From IMG/VR virus record IMGVR_UViG_3300045995_000471: 64,000 bases of DNA. One strand, given 5' to 3'. The first letter of the stretch is position 1. Each line of letters begins with the position of its first letter. This document shows, one piece after another, positions 62,801-63,940 of the stretch. Under the pieces are notes generated by a model. The model did no database searches. It was given only the letters and a program-made list of their open reading frames with translations, and was not told the origin of the DNA. Source of the DNA: an uncultured virus (IMG/VR IMGVR_UViG_3300045995_000471) (lineage: Duplodnaviria > Heunggongvirae > Uroviricota > Caudoviricetes). The translations under genes were made by a program, and so were the position numbers.

Positions 62801-63940
62801 AACCCAAAAGTCTTTAACTAAACGTCGGATCTCCTTGACCTCTTTAGGCACATCTTGGGGACGATAATTCATCTTCTTGATGTAGTCAGACATTTCTCGG
62901 ATATATGTATCATCCATATAATTAATACCAGGCTTAGTTTCCAGATATTTTCCTAAAGTCAGATATTCTCCACGTTCAGGATCTCGTATTATACTTGCTC
63001 CACGTGCACTCTTCGCAACAGAAGGTAGCGGAATAACTTGCTGGGTAACGCTCTCAATCTGCTTGGCAATCATCTCGGTCTGTTTCTTAGCCGCTGCTTC
63101 TCCAAGCTTAGAAACCAATTCTTTTTCAACGATCTGAAGTATATCTTCCTGAGTTTTTTGGATATATTTTAATGACTGAGACATTAAAGTCTCTAGCTTT
63201 CGGGATATATTATTTTGCTCTAGGTATCTGTTTATCTCATCAGCTACGGATTTACTAATGTCTACCTTGAAAGCATCACGGAAACTCTTAGGATCCATGA
63301 GTTTTTGTGTCTCTTTTGCCAAGGCTTTTACATCAGACATTGCATATGTAGCAAGTCCATTTTGATCAAACTGAATGTGGGGAGCACCAACATACCTTCC
63401 ACCAATAGGAGCACCAATACCACGCCGGGCACTCATAGATGCCACGTCCCTAAATAGATCTGTAGGCGGATCGAAGAATTGTGCTTTACCAAATTGGAAT
63501 ACTATGTTTCTTTGGAATTGTGCAAAAGAGCGCCTAGTCTTATCTAGTTCTTCTCCAAGTTCCTTTCCTAAAACTTCTGAGGCTTCTGTTACAGCCTTAC
63601 GCATCTCTTGGACTTGGTTTAATAGATCTTTACTTTTTATGGCTTGCATAGCTTCCGTAGCTACTTTTGCATTATCCCCAGCCTCAGTAATGCGATCTAA
63701 TTCTCTTTTAATCTTCTCAACTTCAGTTGCCGCTGTCTTGTGCTCAGAATAACCTACTTGTGATAAGGCAGTCTGTATAGAACCATATACCTCATCCATA
63801 TAATCCTTAGCTCTCATAACGCCCTTGAGAACGTCCTCTTTGGATGCATCCACTAATTTCTCAATCTTTAATTCTAGTTCCCTAGTAAATATATCTGGAG
63901 CTGTCATCTGTTGTAGAGAACGTTCGGGACGTAATTCCAT
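26900..63940 (-). CDS. Giant tape-measure polyprotein (>=12,346 aa) with fused two-barrel RNA polymerase, RNA-ligase-like, LigD phosphoesterase, RNase HI and zincin domains
   Basis: Single uninterrupted ORF; domain motifs are listed as separate features. The frame has no stop between 63941 and 64000 (QQFIKNLKSPTTVSTFTGER), so the true start may lie outside the window, although a GGAG precedes the ATG at 63940. Confidence 0.9.
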   Translation of the reverse strand: MELRPERSLQQMTAPDIFTRELELKIEKLVDASKEDVLKGVMRAKDYMDEVYGSIQTALSQVGYSEHKTAATEVEKIKRELDRITEAGDNAKVATEAMQAIKSKDLLNQVQEMRKAVTEASEVLGKELGEELDKTRRSFAQFQRNIVFQFGKAQFFDPPTDLFRDVASMSARRGIGAPIGGRYVGAPHIQFDQNGLATYAMSDVKALAKETQKLMDPKSFRDAFKVDISKSVADEINRYLEQNNISRKLETLMSQSLKYIQKTQEDILQIVEKELVSKLGEAAAKKQTEMIAKQIESVTQQVIPLPSVAKSARGASIIRDPERGEYLTLGKYLETKPGINYMDDTYIREMSDYIKKMNYRPQDVPKEVKEIRRLVKDFWVRSRPAEEHGVGVGMEAAAEESIQKMKDSFDKVNTFLQETRGGRARKATEAINLMKQDFMSTYETALREAIRTTEERVLKEEIISGGRKLPPELEARFRSQLDALKGKGARYELIPAPVVGYMRAESEKSGTRAADIPVGQLENVIKRLEQKEREIFGQSDYNVRAWQRVLEEFSKYRNIDFYSLLNRAATFSKDQTNELERIRNSLSSAGRLGNESFFNELLVQSFKRVFDPIKEKVPEEHEAMQKHEVYGRSKVITIQPKIPGVDAGPSSFGVPVDLQALRRFIIQRNLDMEELYQKELLRGVEAAAKKLGPTIERLATVGLNEAAASGKRDFGEQFMEAFFKGKRLQPFSSYDPRETEAFGYSINPARPTGAAWDSLAGPEFNAIRSRKAHQMISKGEWGPYGTGLNVTTILKDLSAGYEDLYEMGKRLQEVATFKFKKMVVPNLKGTETELRNSVVQYLQDVGHDIFGAPIKSQELADQTFVTNIAKRWAQSPKGPIEENIVELLNAYLGHEARKLSTGQVMKGVSATVFGRLGGPEAEASAAAKAKQGLFPKIQFTDVGTIKDAPKAFEEILTDLLKARKDLNPAEVAKALDMIKGTQNVIMMAGEHLKGFKMSPIEYGTGKIMGEDTLGVDERRQIIGKLLGFSFTTPEQLKKATSPQEQVKLLEQDMNQIRQAYKDMGGELLKDAPADLRIHATGVGKASRMIGGNMAEIIANNIIGNLRGKPLEGETLVEQIGRSPLAKILVENTASGRDAKELATLYKDALGLRGKYGEEFVYQQDGQVEKAIAGMMHIMIMKEPKTWLAKGASQLESGESKMTVDPHGWLGLQKLFEPGGALMKEFTTRAVPEAREAGALLSAFRSFAKLGEDELRRAASRGNLKSIGERELLDEDSKNFVVPLERKATVGELGSTIFDPFKYGPRMALQLPKPSEAMQAQIDKEIEEGIREGRQVMPAKSLIEIPEIKAREKVVSETGEVLPSTISRYLSETVEATRKYHQLLSQSNKPEVTETQKNFLDVVLSNFYNKIHPVRDIDLKKELLGKMEEQVLGSIGQRQMPQFFGNRSLLVDPENPEKAWYPTAYSRVPEDKQRKLEGEMKEGITIGDAYDKYFRTLDDSVSNLNYRARFLRDALSDPVIYAKNKELIGKEVNVDISEGRHAGYETQSLMDDKLLKRLVREFKQYEPQLDQNRQVTGITYKTAADTQYAEIRRNLQAYYDELTRSIYGRGVISDVVMKKKIPALYLTAQQRPYDPADAITRAIGQLEKFGGQNSEAMTLVKELRAALRDVEEFKIKHPSQWVRRDEVRIGERDLRELQKAGQATPEIQKQADNIYALINRQPTTDEFSYRAMRLTVDDMLKDLSGVVTVPGLPIGDYPVVSKMEAARDQLEKVRQQKVEQIERELEDSGGKATSSITKLQQDVEGIDKVSKDLMPLYHEATMTLDFDGDMMSVHAATTKEANEELKRIHDMQTKDYGTARRFLHETLSYTPEEKRSLGKKGAELLPGEEISPLSGGATGIPPALLARHAAPVWEEMDFLKGVEKTAKKDLLDIHGTAAEDIAEDSLKHFVHKIDMGQGYEAFNRIGFLYRGADPKGMGLTPKMHDTYNVLLGEFLRDIIQKVIGGKHGSAGADMSPKVLNAFFTGKLDELSQGADTGYGGIFGEKEKQLATYRTKFLRPKTDEELKGEAEDYGLDVKGKDREEIINAIIENTSFRAMLESVYDEMRRLSVANIKEQYSSGLVGDATLSKKGSLGLAKFMAGREGFEDETLQTLGLKTKFKFNEGDFEAYAGKENITDKVLTELRKELGNNLSKIEGAFRIAAAGEGLERVRRGRPGQIEEEIIEPGMSTASLYRGLQPMYKLKSSGGAGMAVGSYAKRSDAENIYTPGGPALSYAEVLDYVLRNKPGQHIDVGKMFGTFSSPEDQKTHIFSSPAMKIYEEFQQTYDKVMSVMTPEIYRLEGLLEQVKTYGKETAGLAGEHARAGNKVFYDESTGQIFIDQGVKTAFEDSLREFALARTPEDKDKYRTQLTSAMNQAHGLIQQGAAYKLLGMGEDSGIDKIKEEIDSVADPKSKYRLKVDSLIERLVYMKEFGPQVKQWLEDIGHGDMFGKSNIEIIAELRKHPETRRAAVTEATASLLGGEMGYGMDVRSLRRATRGRDIREDIQGGIVGRSPEITQSFSPLFKESWKEAVSKHAGSLSADDWKDIYMAHPVLRGVQPPGAGDYRDVIGGLRSEGLYGGSRGVTHYMNNILKERMGQMFEHLGEDLPEGWEDMRLGQVESKLGKAIPKTAESSWWPFRPSATGGTDLADILNKPTHKVREDVENIFDKAFDLSKPEWAEVFSFDQRAQKIVAKADDPLKALTEAGLYGENRGYTRYINMVFKKRMENILKELDTESPDFYTMRFQRSKQEFLGTLEERALQGLPGRLPGAGGAFGGPRFTPGEAFGPNAPANIRSFIPADYPSIKPIFDYPGFLGDEAAAQYKSHGHQIKLSAAPLRWGNTEIGYGTKNHPLDPETANARYRPFIEQVNEELVPLLKDKVKEDRKRIDLFGEWGGQKDPLVWFDAKVGGKVLPVDEFKKFAADLGLKTPTELYRGVIDANVADMIFKQKGPFANLEEGVVAKSLNRMKGDFPDMAKLKTMPYLVNEEMRWPWMDQQAAETSILGKHQKVMDRGFTPGSPYPADWPVVETTRDRMEEYLKGLDDKFYRPAEEASQFKKGTKFLVTAPGIEPIASFAKDAVVATQEELRRSIFGKGMPDLPYDPVLVLNSRRQAPKYPEAIPISKETGFMFPGEAKEGDEGRFVVHRHDALRAGPHHDMRIEIGGQLQSWAVPEFMPKDQGDRRLAIGPTAHHAIDYYQKGDYEIPKGFYGAGRMSTFDTGKATIESVKEGYVTVKLEGVKGLADGTYTILKYEPKGEDLQKGQWLVSKVRPLEERDPAKARQFYGSKIDLDDSLGAGEGRYKEGAIRLFAPTNRAELRAFMNVMAHEQGHAMLEEAAPTIAKDIMAGQELTGIDTKKLRTYFMQNYGGDGGDDEDAAAHALEEKLAGGLKTDEDQEILDELTKIQDLVGEKAGRENIGTSPQTELAFMRKQLSSYGPGQQPYTLMVDAGARGNPGPAGAGSVLLNPKGQTISESNKYLGDLTSMAAEYQGLVMGLQNALMHSAQNLKVKSDSEVMVGQMRNEFKVKNEQIKELKAQADALSSKFDSINFQYVPREQNKQADRLANIAMNRGMGRGTTVDELLKTNAITVDAGPFRDRNLVPERSMGYLNQGFAVGMGGGGKIYMPPETIKAYQEASGKQKQSYADAIMKTYQHEKTHLDINAAPGNVLNKYRQQAVQGEAANLASSFIKEAIGSTSHDVYKAQFDDAQRRAGEKPGDYTKSPAARWEAMQELIAGHPEMQTGRDPRVAQIRSNFYKDLGPTRAGSPVWQDVDSLRKQKLEWGTEARSTMYPRSAEISLGIPPILDAITGLNVNDAIKAAVHPGMRERRFLGKPQRMLEDYDPYLLGLLRKGTKAGSMVGLQASLGRAPFKLEMADPLQLGSYALQEETLPRMEDLLKIRPLKEEERPTDYVGMHPASERGLSQALTQNLRALLAGRMTGSGPMGVGGGIFSTIWRDVIANPLKRKPAVPAPSLSEALWANVKGGSQLAWGGLKFGVQAPLAVARLPYDAAVSAKNMEQILSDLASEQIGGAKAGIGELGSFKTIPALGSEAARVRGAGSMGPAQIEHLIEIEKQGLKRMLEYNLPGAIPFTGTELGGSAFASMTDFNAARQGAVTQPSAQRINAAARQKLLWETIIGEGAQTPPASQRFIRGISAAGTGIGETAQYKIPEAASFMSEAFSGLGAGLAALGKGSYMTPTGAIQNTQMGPAIWSSLRGILPGRDATGTTLGEEFRHQMGTIYNLGQSDLAKNMTNYRAGFQPFGPESLEPVERQLGHAMGRIGGMGLGGLAHRPGLLANAGLAARGLITQPLYTVGETMGEVGHALGSGNLMEAGRGILGGAVRILPAVGHMVAGYHEAKEEIAQGASPTLAITGSIGEQLISATTMGLGAAMGARVATPAATALRSMGGGGPKAATAVRILGAILGSIGGGIVGGHIGDKFQSGYWGMFGQEAPGNRRNQAWQEAKNRKELEEAGLDKILPDYVPPERMEQVESNKLWMGRGGMLGGALLGMRTGSGGGRSLLGGVLGAMGGLWLGHKAGDWGKDREREKARAMYYAEQSPLLGDELSAFAPGSDRLSEQMPWKIPPEIKGMVGSGVKGKPLSQILDTFGALQSEITPSSGGTLTSQKGILRKVSEIYLTHLQGLQSELDRAAKGGNTDLVAKISKDIDEYLIKYVINVTRTSVGGGVHPLSDPYKVGRAGGFMGSEDSKNLTLGRPQSFDEVVNVDTFLNRGLEGMAKKAVTTMRDLSDTGVSPRTVYQETMSGLMKSSTNLPKDVASIHSYLRSSVHELGKQPDADIQQYTYWKALEEQFRGPTRQLRGSGRFSGDSRAAAPVTPRGLSMEDQELGMQKTIEYYKQSLGVDTKAKVGDIIPLKFDLTDEAGRVLKSIRADLIKVGEAAGQVKVEYTDMGKVMAEKNTLFGAVQLTSHFMLAGALVGGGVLELKNMLGTIADVETGLMNVKKVMEPATTDFGKMQTEAIHMAKTYGTSIREVLDAMVIFGQQGLSQAKVLDMTRESTMAGAVMNLKAAEVTEYLTAATKHYGATIKDSSQYLDSWIRVDVKHAITAANLAQAMLKVGNAAKMTGINFHELNGIVTAIGSVTRQTGMEVGTALRFIIRNIETVNIRNKLRDLLKIETVLPTGSLKPGMQVLTEIKDKWDDMADSEQFYLGQSIAGARHYNAFLTLMDNFKEAQVAAKESTDAHGDAEIRMALQMDTLERKVKTFRATLGELSVDLGKFALEPAKSFVDLGSSIVAAFTLIPDNIKKGIVALSAFAAYASTIETVMSGVQRFGVSTGIAPALTSFGKMAASPISSIREAASSVVGIKSMDQAETTLGKMMYLVLSLGRGFNSTVGSMGGSIGTFTILLGGATAALSLLGGADQSLLPLAGTLAGIGIAMKIIGFSLGSLSGAGTGLAGSLLPIASVGALIYSNWDKLSEVFSSTESRIASLTKAQTQFGSVRSQIAQIEDVETKYTEAQTLQKGLEKQQIKLSTPEGRQAEAERMLLNAGRTAAYTSPYDKLQKYQEAIDNALRDSVRIIPQLASGYDAFGNAIMKSGTIAKDMLSVLKEQLTTIRDMERGQLIKIHLEGLFPADTWAHQLKGMLRSVLEGVPGAGEQWAARVVPRSPYEQQQHILGQLSTLGGLGQEVAPGGGPVPVMLNVRMKKLHAQLEQVNATLDVSMKKIDEQIKSFSTESPAEFMAKIATPDYDKFFQVKGGRDMGAMRQAARSMGVPLEEFQAMTVGQKPAQYADLWKSQQYFSKADNLAKLLGIPEESDMASLLKTYQPSVSNIAGDLSAIVNAAGKTIMQWYGTLIVGAADAITTAQDINSIIKNSLSDVSTDRLGTAVSSIASNIYNGIAGAISDPGSIKESLGRGLASARVSYNNVLSQGNIYTAPLDYTRLAEIQLGSRPEQGTTVFGPRGFTPANNPIRNAQAAITGLLGGTEGRSEFDQMLDAETGNIYRLITGKELAPEKERYPFGKPGLWGQAKIALGIGTGQLPPVMEPLGAAGKKSPVVPAVVTEAQRYPFGKPGLWDQIKLGLGIGVGELPSVLTLPRPEEELYPFGKPPKGTNIPKGELPPVLEMPQTEMSQLRARWTVFGKTLFTGAGANYAKMAELSGRATLEPVQQDLVRELTGPDQIDKLREYMKARSVITPGGFNEEALSKLINRISPFIGAGPAPEPVIPARAGTAGAWVSANVQAPVQDAYTKIAQSVAEALNYISPTIVPKIKEVTDFAASLVGKDLREGLVATATWIKDSADTIKKQQGALQLGRTPANEEAMVRLMQVTRYRTMLDKIGLSSEAVEGGLIGAIGTTPSAALAMKAVGQPGYWAATGATGTVGIEEVKKLIEETGQTLITKEALELGKDFAGVQLSPEFMAQRNIPSHQQYIPISMERHEGRVQAMLSYQQGQEQQMTKMPLAQLSKEDLLGAASKTGLALDFDTEFEKIKRRMGRGAGWNIATFQGAEKLHTGVDFRFEVAGHDKAINALFNMARSIHDIDVQMDNLAKSGAWDKSLTKVQEMEHLLTQKRQLDFLLKVREDFENLQNSIDKMNFDLWMHKAEEASQIMRRQARGGLDALIELPMKMPSMMRSFSELNPEERIAAFNPNYAPVARQASFAEAQLDNYFSGQGQLSKTNMKSQMMFEDLKQQIGPALTGLDEKFMNKLMKDLATSPEDRATEAVRDNILKAQLVYMEKMYQETREMNKNFSAQSTKELTKEYTKIQTQVEDKLKAAEKAKQAGDTTGAAKLESDAKGMLEVLNQKGFALRARGNEPLQRFMSPELMSEALSGFEERTGSNVKDFQKKWGGMGTEFNLDTGLKGLISSINGLWVTPSGDARSMDLAERRRSLLPGAAGGYSPALVERQANFIQSDTLRANEQAIRFGDRYASSEMLKLGNKPVQGSVMLDYMRAQFKEAGIEKYPEYRQDRKQAEESRRLGQLAHGARQELPPEPSRYFKVAQGMIGAYLGSMFGEKLFGGDMTKAQNAGNDLMKSLLDTTKWEREVMLNQSDWLRQIAHNTSQTGGRGGPGQGQAFSPIMPARTMFIRHGAALAGDAASGIGPLGIMAMAGAGLFIATQLLHRTDFTQASRAGSWLTQTISPTRTPTYMNMQVWDSFMHDLHREIGDGIARPVGRAMSVMQEVAPAVRYASATTLYRSGGMDLGVPMLNVPGQMQHLDRLDRAGGMSRAIGTILAPLDRVDRFIVRFVNHPWTQTAMGAVGYVPPPGGSQLQNWNIASRFTDMPQNITRYMREITRMFDTTRSGMLITDFSSISRFSRWTRTLLDGFNHLPMAIPASQLQALSAFEQTFLTITHAMGRFSGNMAPVARGAAKWGTVGAVASMLPFAPLSMPVMAGLGAMAGGGLLSGRAGLWGGVIGSLLGMPLGRSIMGGLGVGAAGRLTGITGIGDLLMQVPQLRYIVESWRHAGGPEYGVVGQRLPWRMGTGGRALGAGVGIASLATGGGFLLPAIATTLGTRAVRGIFARDYTGDTLYQQRVGEVMSHLEGRMEPTAASRWFSPMRRMALGGAAGYGAAALGLVGMGALPAVALGMGAGLLGGRLMRGSQQANLRRQAIDIVRMQSGVAPEIRMFENTPWYSRLINFPRVLAGGDVAGGNLRAAYQHQEYLKSMGVGAGETGVDSFRRNIRDLSMESVANEYVNNFALGRARMLRFPETEQQQIRQRARDIAQQPRRTPTSPLAQTIPMEEIVRIQGEIEGATNLIGSRSRGEGIGWTMRRQVRNALVGRMVGERMEQHPTDFRNNPTLRRIERADIQNQIDRGTMPVTNMMVGEQLYRMPEPQIRRAVERSYGPITPGSRAEATYNRVIQYRQTRLQDEQQLGVQRVAIGGGISAQGTGGGLGRIIGGTGPLVDNRSEAMIEATRRMSRDMEHIERLQGVRREFARIPKMTEAEALTFMGGTVDKSLVPAGARANVSTRQDLLEHYFKQAGGDVGNLPKVAIDRVDALLQGTLEHVDNRIASANRRLMGHGEVPGTAEMAGAREQVANMMAVEKRISARRERGEFIETSPGLTNDLQLRRLYNEQINQATGQQLGYRTVGNAGIRVKEINDEIDRLRKSTEGYRTVLDQLKIDTSGTIRSWRDLKNVPAEVEKEFQRFGGPRQSEGVMHQRVGAAETEASTLERVLRGEADITRTGFGLEWLAPLMEKLDGQINLLRESLLRGQAVPAEIFRNLSSTITQSPLGTTKAAENYQGMLRELELSVRTGAFTYHQPLGQLTQNLRSEMGLGTGGTLTKLETFFTETLKEARTPQGMTDVQFVERAHAWRLENLGTAVTRATTTFEELITKVATSGRSLGDLGQRIEGVGIALRELGSGAGGYTGAAMRAGGAHLGGGGIFGILAATVGGEYAMGKMHDMGMPMAAAVGLPIAATALIGSMMGGGGPRKGFAAGWEGTKEMFGPWGKNMLFPHLMSLKEFEGEGINTGSGVSRALGLTLPKALKDSNLAWAKSVEGGAGEGLLANMVRAGGIQKSAATGLRTVGKASMWLAPVLEGYFAYEDMQSTLEAHPEVGKGTAAVGAGAKASTNLARMLIFSGLGAAAGIALAPFTGGGSLLPLILSGLSGAGAGLFDESLMGPGGTGGRISDMITGVNSRDRDINLKPKEGEAAQALGAFSPAARRNQLFRKASEDLERLRSTSEVTLPMAAMKSLMPLLGATGMLSISSQFNERADQEVFKERVVRQSKSLQELLGSGQIKTKKDLETTELGRYMSTTQMAPIVESLEKIKDIQKDHPSVLSIDYLKNTILSRVKQGIVGIEGEKGSLAQVLSDIPNQTPGQQIDTLRQAMAGTIAKQIEDPEELKRKQDSYNALRENILAMHLETTRHITMATALEKSIAAADSLTTTMKAFAPMAGIGAGVGGTEMERFKGIKEMAPYNIMQIMQPELYQHYQEGTTQYKSLQGDADTIKKDREAAIVNRGMAFATLEHQTKLFTDANKAAAAEGKGPVIPKEQMAQYENFIALNRKMSLMTPEQRTEFEKTTGARETLSGLAKSLADWGKKRQGEFTTMGLPGAGLTIGGKEIPANLKMNDVGVSTLTAVQETIESHLKLLTTGKTPKGTYFNTEFDLSKMTAEEKEKHIASARGSLDILAKIGQEKGIYSPLANIEAVQAEINKGNVTVYSQNELFDKIGEKIKGIRDTYKEVLSLGQAWADISKLSLITIQGELKVIEARNAYMSQMPGSGLPGPGALAQMYTGNTPVLAGKYVMPEGLMPKSSTEWGVGEWMAQTPGGSKVAKEYTILNKELEARKSVANEYATTLNSITSQGQAASGLSKELSQFQGPAAKFDISGIAGQAMAAKMDIFVEQQKKELPGREKALAPLAEQRDLLQDDWEMKHAEWKEKKAILDKTLPGMVPSISPGVVKEAETKATEAAKARDAANATAKTAETLVEGTKRNIEQIPVRMAKAKAGDPQALEEMIKDLNELAVVADTVAKDPRTRQMGENAAAAIKEQMTKIGDYIGQHAGEMAAAAVQKFMNRINIEYQTAINMIPAKFTASAAQNVTGLTAGVAMPTEIRLGPQTRMELSVQQRYAKYYPGEYQQAATQQMTLDARIARLNKVNEDLASVQAKRKYEQNPYLIPMQEAQIAALTKERDALTGAVQENTAAIRAAEDRMWKIKIDADIEKMLTDMASGLQRISLNFRFPWRDIFQPVAGYIGELPKAPIRVEDYSAGQLMAKYVPDVYQTGKQLETYNETTKGAREKLLGEASSAKGQEIYARAVGDNETADKMAQRYSVLMEALSNLDRAWEEEQNKLSDTAKAVLKMNEAMEVFRDGLQTLKQGIHNLASSMAQGWVEGIKNQAGLMAGVPQYKWTAPKIFESDLSPHDIVNMYAPGTAATVANYQAAKEAVTGTAVKYRTAYNEAQIRYETEPENRTPADKKIIEFYARATGAAEDGLKRLAAAARPWEETIAKMEKLGELAKKFAELEVALEKLHRTNWGLDYREYDTEMGKNMWSRQNPRMEQVGNQNIVIPGGNFYTPTTYNTRPEYGTDPLTGRPYELPDYRQEGTKYSQERKLLEEQRKAGVIGPQEYKLRRQKQDWQVEEDETKYLQDRENQKMEKQKGIAVQMRDSIVEMQIRGKDFGLGEKLDDVRKNIEEDLKHAGDVTGREGATGLLTRRGFENMDQMGKMSDVIKDMIRAMDTGADTDAGKIYMPIVMELKALRLALTGDLSALNLTTKEWGMLLKGGEFGAGAQASYFDKLIETGGNDAEAVAAVRGMIGDIKPKALEAAAEGGGYRSILSGKQAAAQEEQLDMAKTEALNRLSKRDALSWTGISAGQGVETNTPDARGDTDVYKAQVTGWMKNVGATNDPWNLIGKNKLTPDTLKEAFGSAESPTLLGKGIFGKLTPFTPAEEAEWLTGLKKEAKPKEGEGEGTTPYEGFEYNNAMRNMQMATSHGIRSGQGREMWRAINYQPAMDIKQERQWLGGLGAEQGTEMRELMAKADASGVQSAAGREMVRALNIGVKEQIQNLKDLFAKYMGPLLECLCQGSKPAETGGVAGVIGPTQTGVAPREPAQTGVVPDRTFRPFDTGVVPTPQTPATQDYPAVITPSKGPTRSGIPKDYLSSLKEMHNKYSGEEEEEAEEPASLSKNVIRWAKNAYSKYHPFLNYAGSTLADAGALYNGIDIGNEPATVLRQAASQIDPRQVALWLRSKIQSIRPEPEISGPDTGSPELELSAAEAPAWESKITKGPFDIHELYKGETKAGQVSYRTGEKPAFHSFSVSPELSQRDRITTGFKLLEGFKEQMGPQLDEARILTPLKPQTVPIMERVAQRMEKEAPNFAKRIRDVVEESKSRYADMFTETDFMTKDPFQHILDQTGELKKTGLKGLENTFGFTPEEAARTASEPLSEKTATMVKDIMWPEARKEITAPGIFTNPSLTRQQIRGMFSERPTIEVPVSNMGGRRRIGIFPPEEISKMTGHSAANTRGFHIPQIGSIGINPEAPDPFSEVIHELGHPKLDKLFTEMDPEMEDAVRGLLKERYEPTRLATQERIPEYKKLSPAEVHIEQFLKDTQNYVPAGEKGGALQRIQERLQLDAEKIRPQFEELLERSKNVPVRPKDMNVGASERLPIDLSAEALPSTEELVNANRARYEGRGVEPATLPSTEELIDANRAKYEGRGNAQAVVEAVESPSQGGIRAREAVGSRTYEALNQEIDLERIIKPEDYGLKPGGEIITPGPQPRPGAKITIPGETPPGGPPGGPIVLTDDYKFRPSDAGIVPEAAGVTGIPKRGLGMRALRGVGALTAEFAPWMFHGPAIAGTAEAMAGPMITENVEAKKLWGQLSPTGGGLSKIGEGLNTPLVGGVSVADVGKAGLKVVETAFGAIEAPFNYMYKKATGDQANTFTEVMTEGVKQIATGLLSGPAQLMTGYNPRLNEDQVIQAKKDMYDQARPSTGVLSSIQNGIVKWGLEAVNRVSYAGDKTRLEGMMAVAPEQQMSQEQYKAYQEAQGKLKEGIDRKDLSETLRDALKKGDDIQEKLLREVASGKGPWKEGERFDTTGLEAAAQRRLGPQPTLETSGPSIMPGTLTGLNRVALAAFNPSPELTLEAGPQSVETFPGLETSPVGRGESLRTMKQDFASDLRDTGQGKLGVERGFADAPSYHMGRVLQKEFGHGIFSRARMQEQKHNIEAERENYERIRQEMVEEDKPAKADRERRALAEQMYAESQILPETNQLPYTVQLPSGVRTERGGPPPVRPRPESRGIVREYDPDYEPGDRGAVQDWTRRGRMEAGLTDTYAQQKDSLPKQGFTYQPVPAGAMDLFGGLTRKEVELKKGLMRGTLPAPTSDSVRQYLDAKQQDAQAGPGLGSVLQQLRKSGMSKEYIDKVREEMQSGNIAGGLQPGQKFNVKDLANQYQIKYYEDKYGEGSAQAMGERNRIAGQYGREATGIANQATGMGYTWQEVAGGNAGNYSERYREVANKSWETSEPNKYDKNNPYYVATSQEDYYQTKHGQQAAYDIETAAFEKHPEDVDARNKYIEEQKAAGYQTVRDKESDRDRADLNKGAKELAQNDPNWKKANAAYDAAAQAKNTPGISDEEWKRQDEIQKQSVGTMVDIEQKNKKYLNREPGGVRSTQDMTSTNTGVAPQTVDTTPRQAVPTVDTTPQTTQAPVDTTGQTPTYPQTQPGADTGRTDNAALQASLDGLPAAIGAAVASALADKLGGGEGGDNSKAVADAISNALTGALLNVNVVGEVQLAGGGLSALINQELKALNLEPELQKQMKADLDLAQNAIDEIKTKAGLEDEGGKISQLVAEVTRLDTNIQGALAAIDEMGRKLDITAEKARDTGNQPQNSIVTTPPIPA
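27445..27560 (-). repeat. Thr/Pro-rich VDTT linker repeats near the C-terminus of the giant ORF
   Basis: QTVDTTPRQAVPTVDTTPQTTQAPVDTTGQTP. Confidence 0.7.
30440..30575 (-). repeat. 72-bp (24-aa) tandem duplication inside the giant ORF
   Basis: ttcttcggtagaaggaagtg occurs at 30482 and 30554; LPSTEELVNANRARYEGRG / LPSTEELIDANRAKYEGRG. Confidence 0.9.
30770..31090 (-). other. Zincin-like metallopeptidase motif 3 (HELGH at 30935-30949)
   Basis: TRGFHIPQIGSIGINP...SEVIHELGHP...EVHIEQF. Confidence 0.65.
45575..45905 (-). repeat. Three diverged protein repeats YPFGKP...G(E/Q)LP(P/S)V inside the giant ORF
   Basis: YPFGKPGLWGQAKIALGIGTGQLPPVM / YPFGKPGLWDQIKLGLGIGVGELPSVL / YPFGKPPKGTNIPKGELPPVL. 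Confidence 0.85.
48100..49090 (-). other. TP901-family phage tail tape-measure core domain
   Basis: VETGLMNVKKVM...AIHMAKTYGTSIREVLDAMVIFGQQG...LTAATKHYG...LDSW...ITAANLAQAMLKVGNAAKMTGINFHELNGIVTAIGSVTRQTGMEVGTALRFI...QSIAGARHYNAFLTLMDNF...GDAE...MDTLERKV, followed by hydrophobic helices (47530-48100). Confidence 0.9.
52620..53010 (-). other. Zincin-like metallopeptidase motif 2 (HEKTH at 52856-52870)
   Basis: GFAVG...GKIYM...IMKTYQHEKTHL...EAMQELIA. Confidence 0.5.
53115..53505 (-). other. RNase HI domain inside the giant ORF
   Basis: YTLMVDAGARGNPGPAGAG...TSMAAEYQGL...KVKSDSEVMVGQM...YVPREQNKQADRLANIAM; all four acidic catalytic residues (D, E, D, D) are present. Confidence 0.92.
53660..53940 (-). 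other. Zincin-like metallopeptidase motif 1 (HEQGH at 53837-53851)
   Basis: GRYKEGAIRLF...FMNVMAHEQGHAML...ALEEKLA: G-x-Y strand, HExxH helix and a downstream EE. Confidence 0.6.
54020..54410 (-). other. LigD-type 3'-phosphoesterase (PE) domain inside the giant ORF
   Basis: RFVVHRHDALRAGPHHDMRIEIGGQLQSWAVP...RRLAI...HAIDY...IPKGFYGAGRMSTFDTG...QWLVSK matches the LigD PE consensus, including H, H-x-D-x-R and H-xxx-Y catalytic residues. Confidence 0.9.
54870..55420 (-). other. ATP-dependent ligase/nucleotidyltransferase domain (Rnl2-like) inside the giant ORF
   Basis: Motif I QYKSHGHQ (KxHG, Lys codon at 55355-55357), III LFGEWGG, IIIa VWFDAKV, LGLKTPTELYRG, IV EEGVVAK, V MAKLKT, in canonical order. 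Confidence 0.75.
57900..59150 (-). other. RNA polymerase beta'-like catalytic barrel with DFDGD metal-binding motif inside the giant ORF
   Basis: YGRGVISDVVMKKKIP (cf. GKQGRFRQNLLGKRVD); YALINRQPTTDEFSYRAM (cf. VLLNRAPTLHRLGIQAF; NRQPT at 58775-58789); TLDFDGDMMSVHAATTKEANEELKRI (cf. [26 protein letters not shown]; DFDGD at 58457-58471, aa 1824-1828). Confidence 0.9.
60300..61620 (-). other. RNA polymerase beta-like catalytic barrel region inside the giant ORF
   Basis: GLNVTTILKDLSAGYEDLYEMGKRL (cf. beta GQN...GYNFEDSI; GYED at 61532-61543); RKLSTGQVMKGVS (cf. GDKMAGRHGNKGVIS, same K-x7-K spacing; 61220-61249); PADLRIHATGVGKASRMIGGN (cf. PDIILNPLGVPSRMNIGQ; SRM at 60677-60685); AIAGMMHIMIMKEP (cf. 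VTVGYMYMLKL). All are in the correct order. Confidence 0.8.

Noticed and set aside
1641..63752. The many 60-200 aa plus-strand ORFs and short alternative-frame minus-strand ORFs in the track
   Set aside because: All lie inside long minus-strand genes, have no recognisable motifs and read as antisense or frame shadows.
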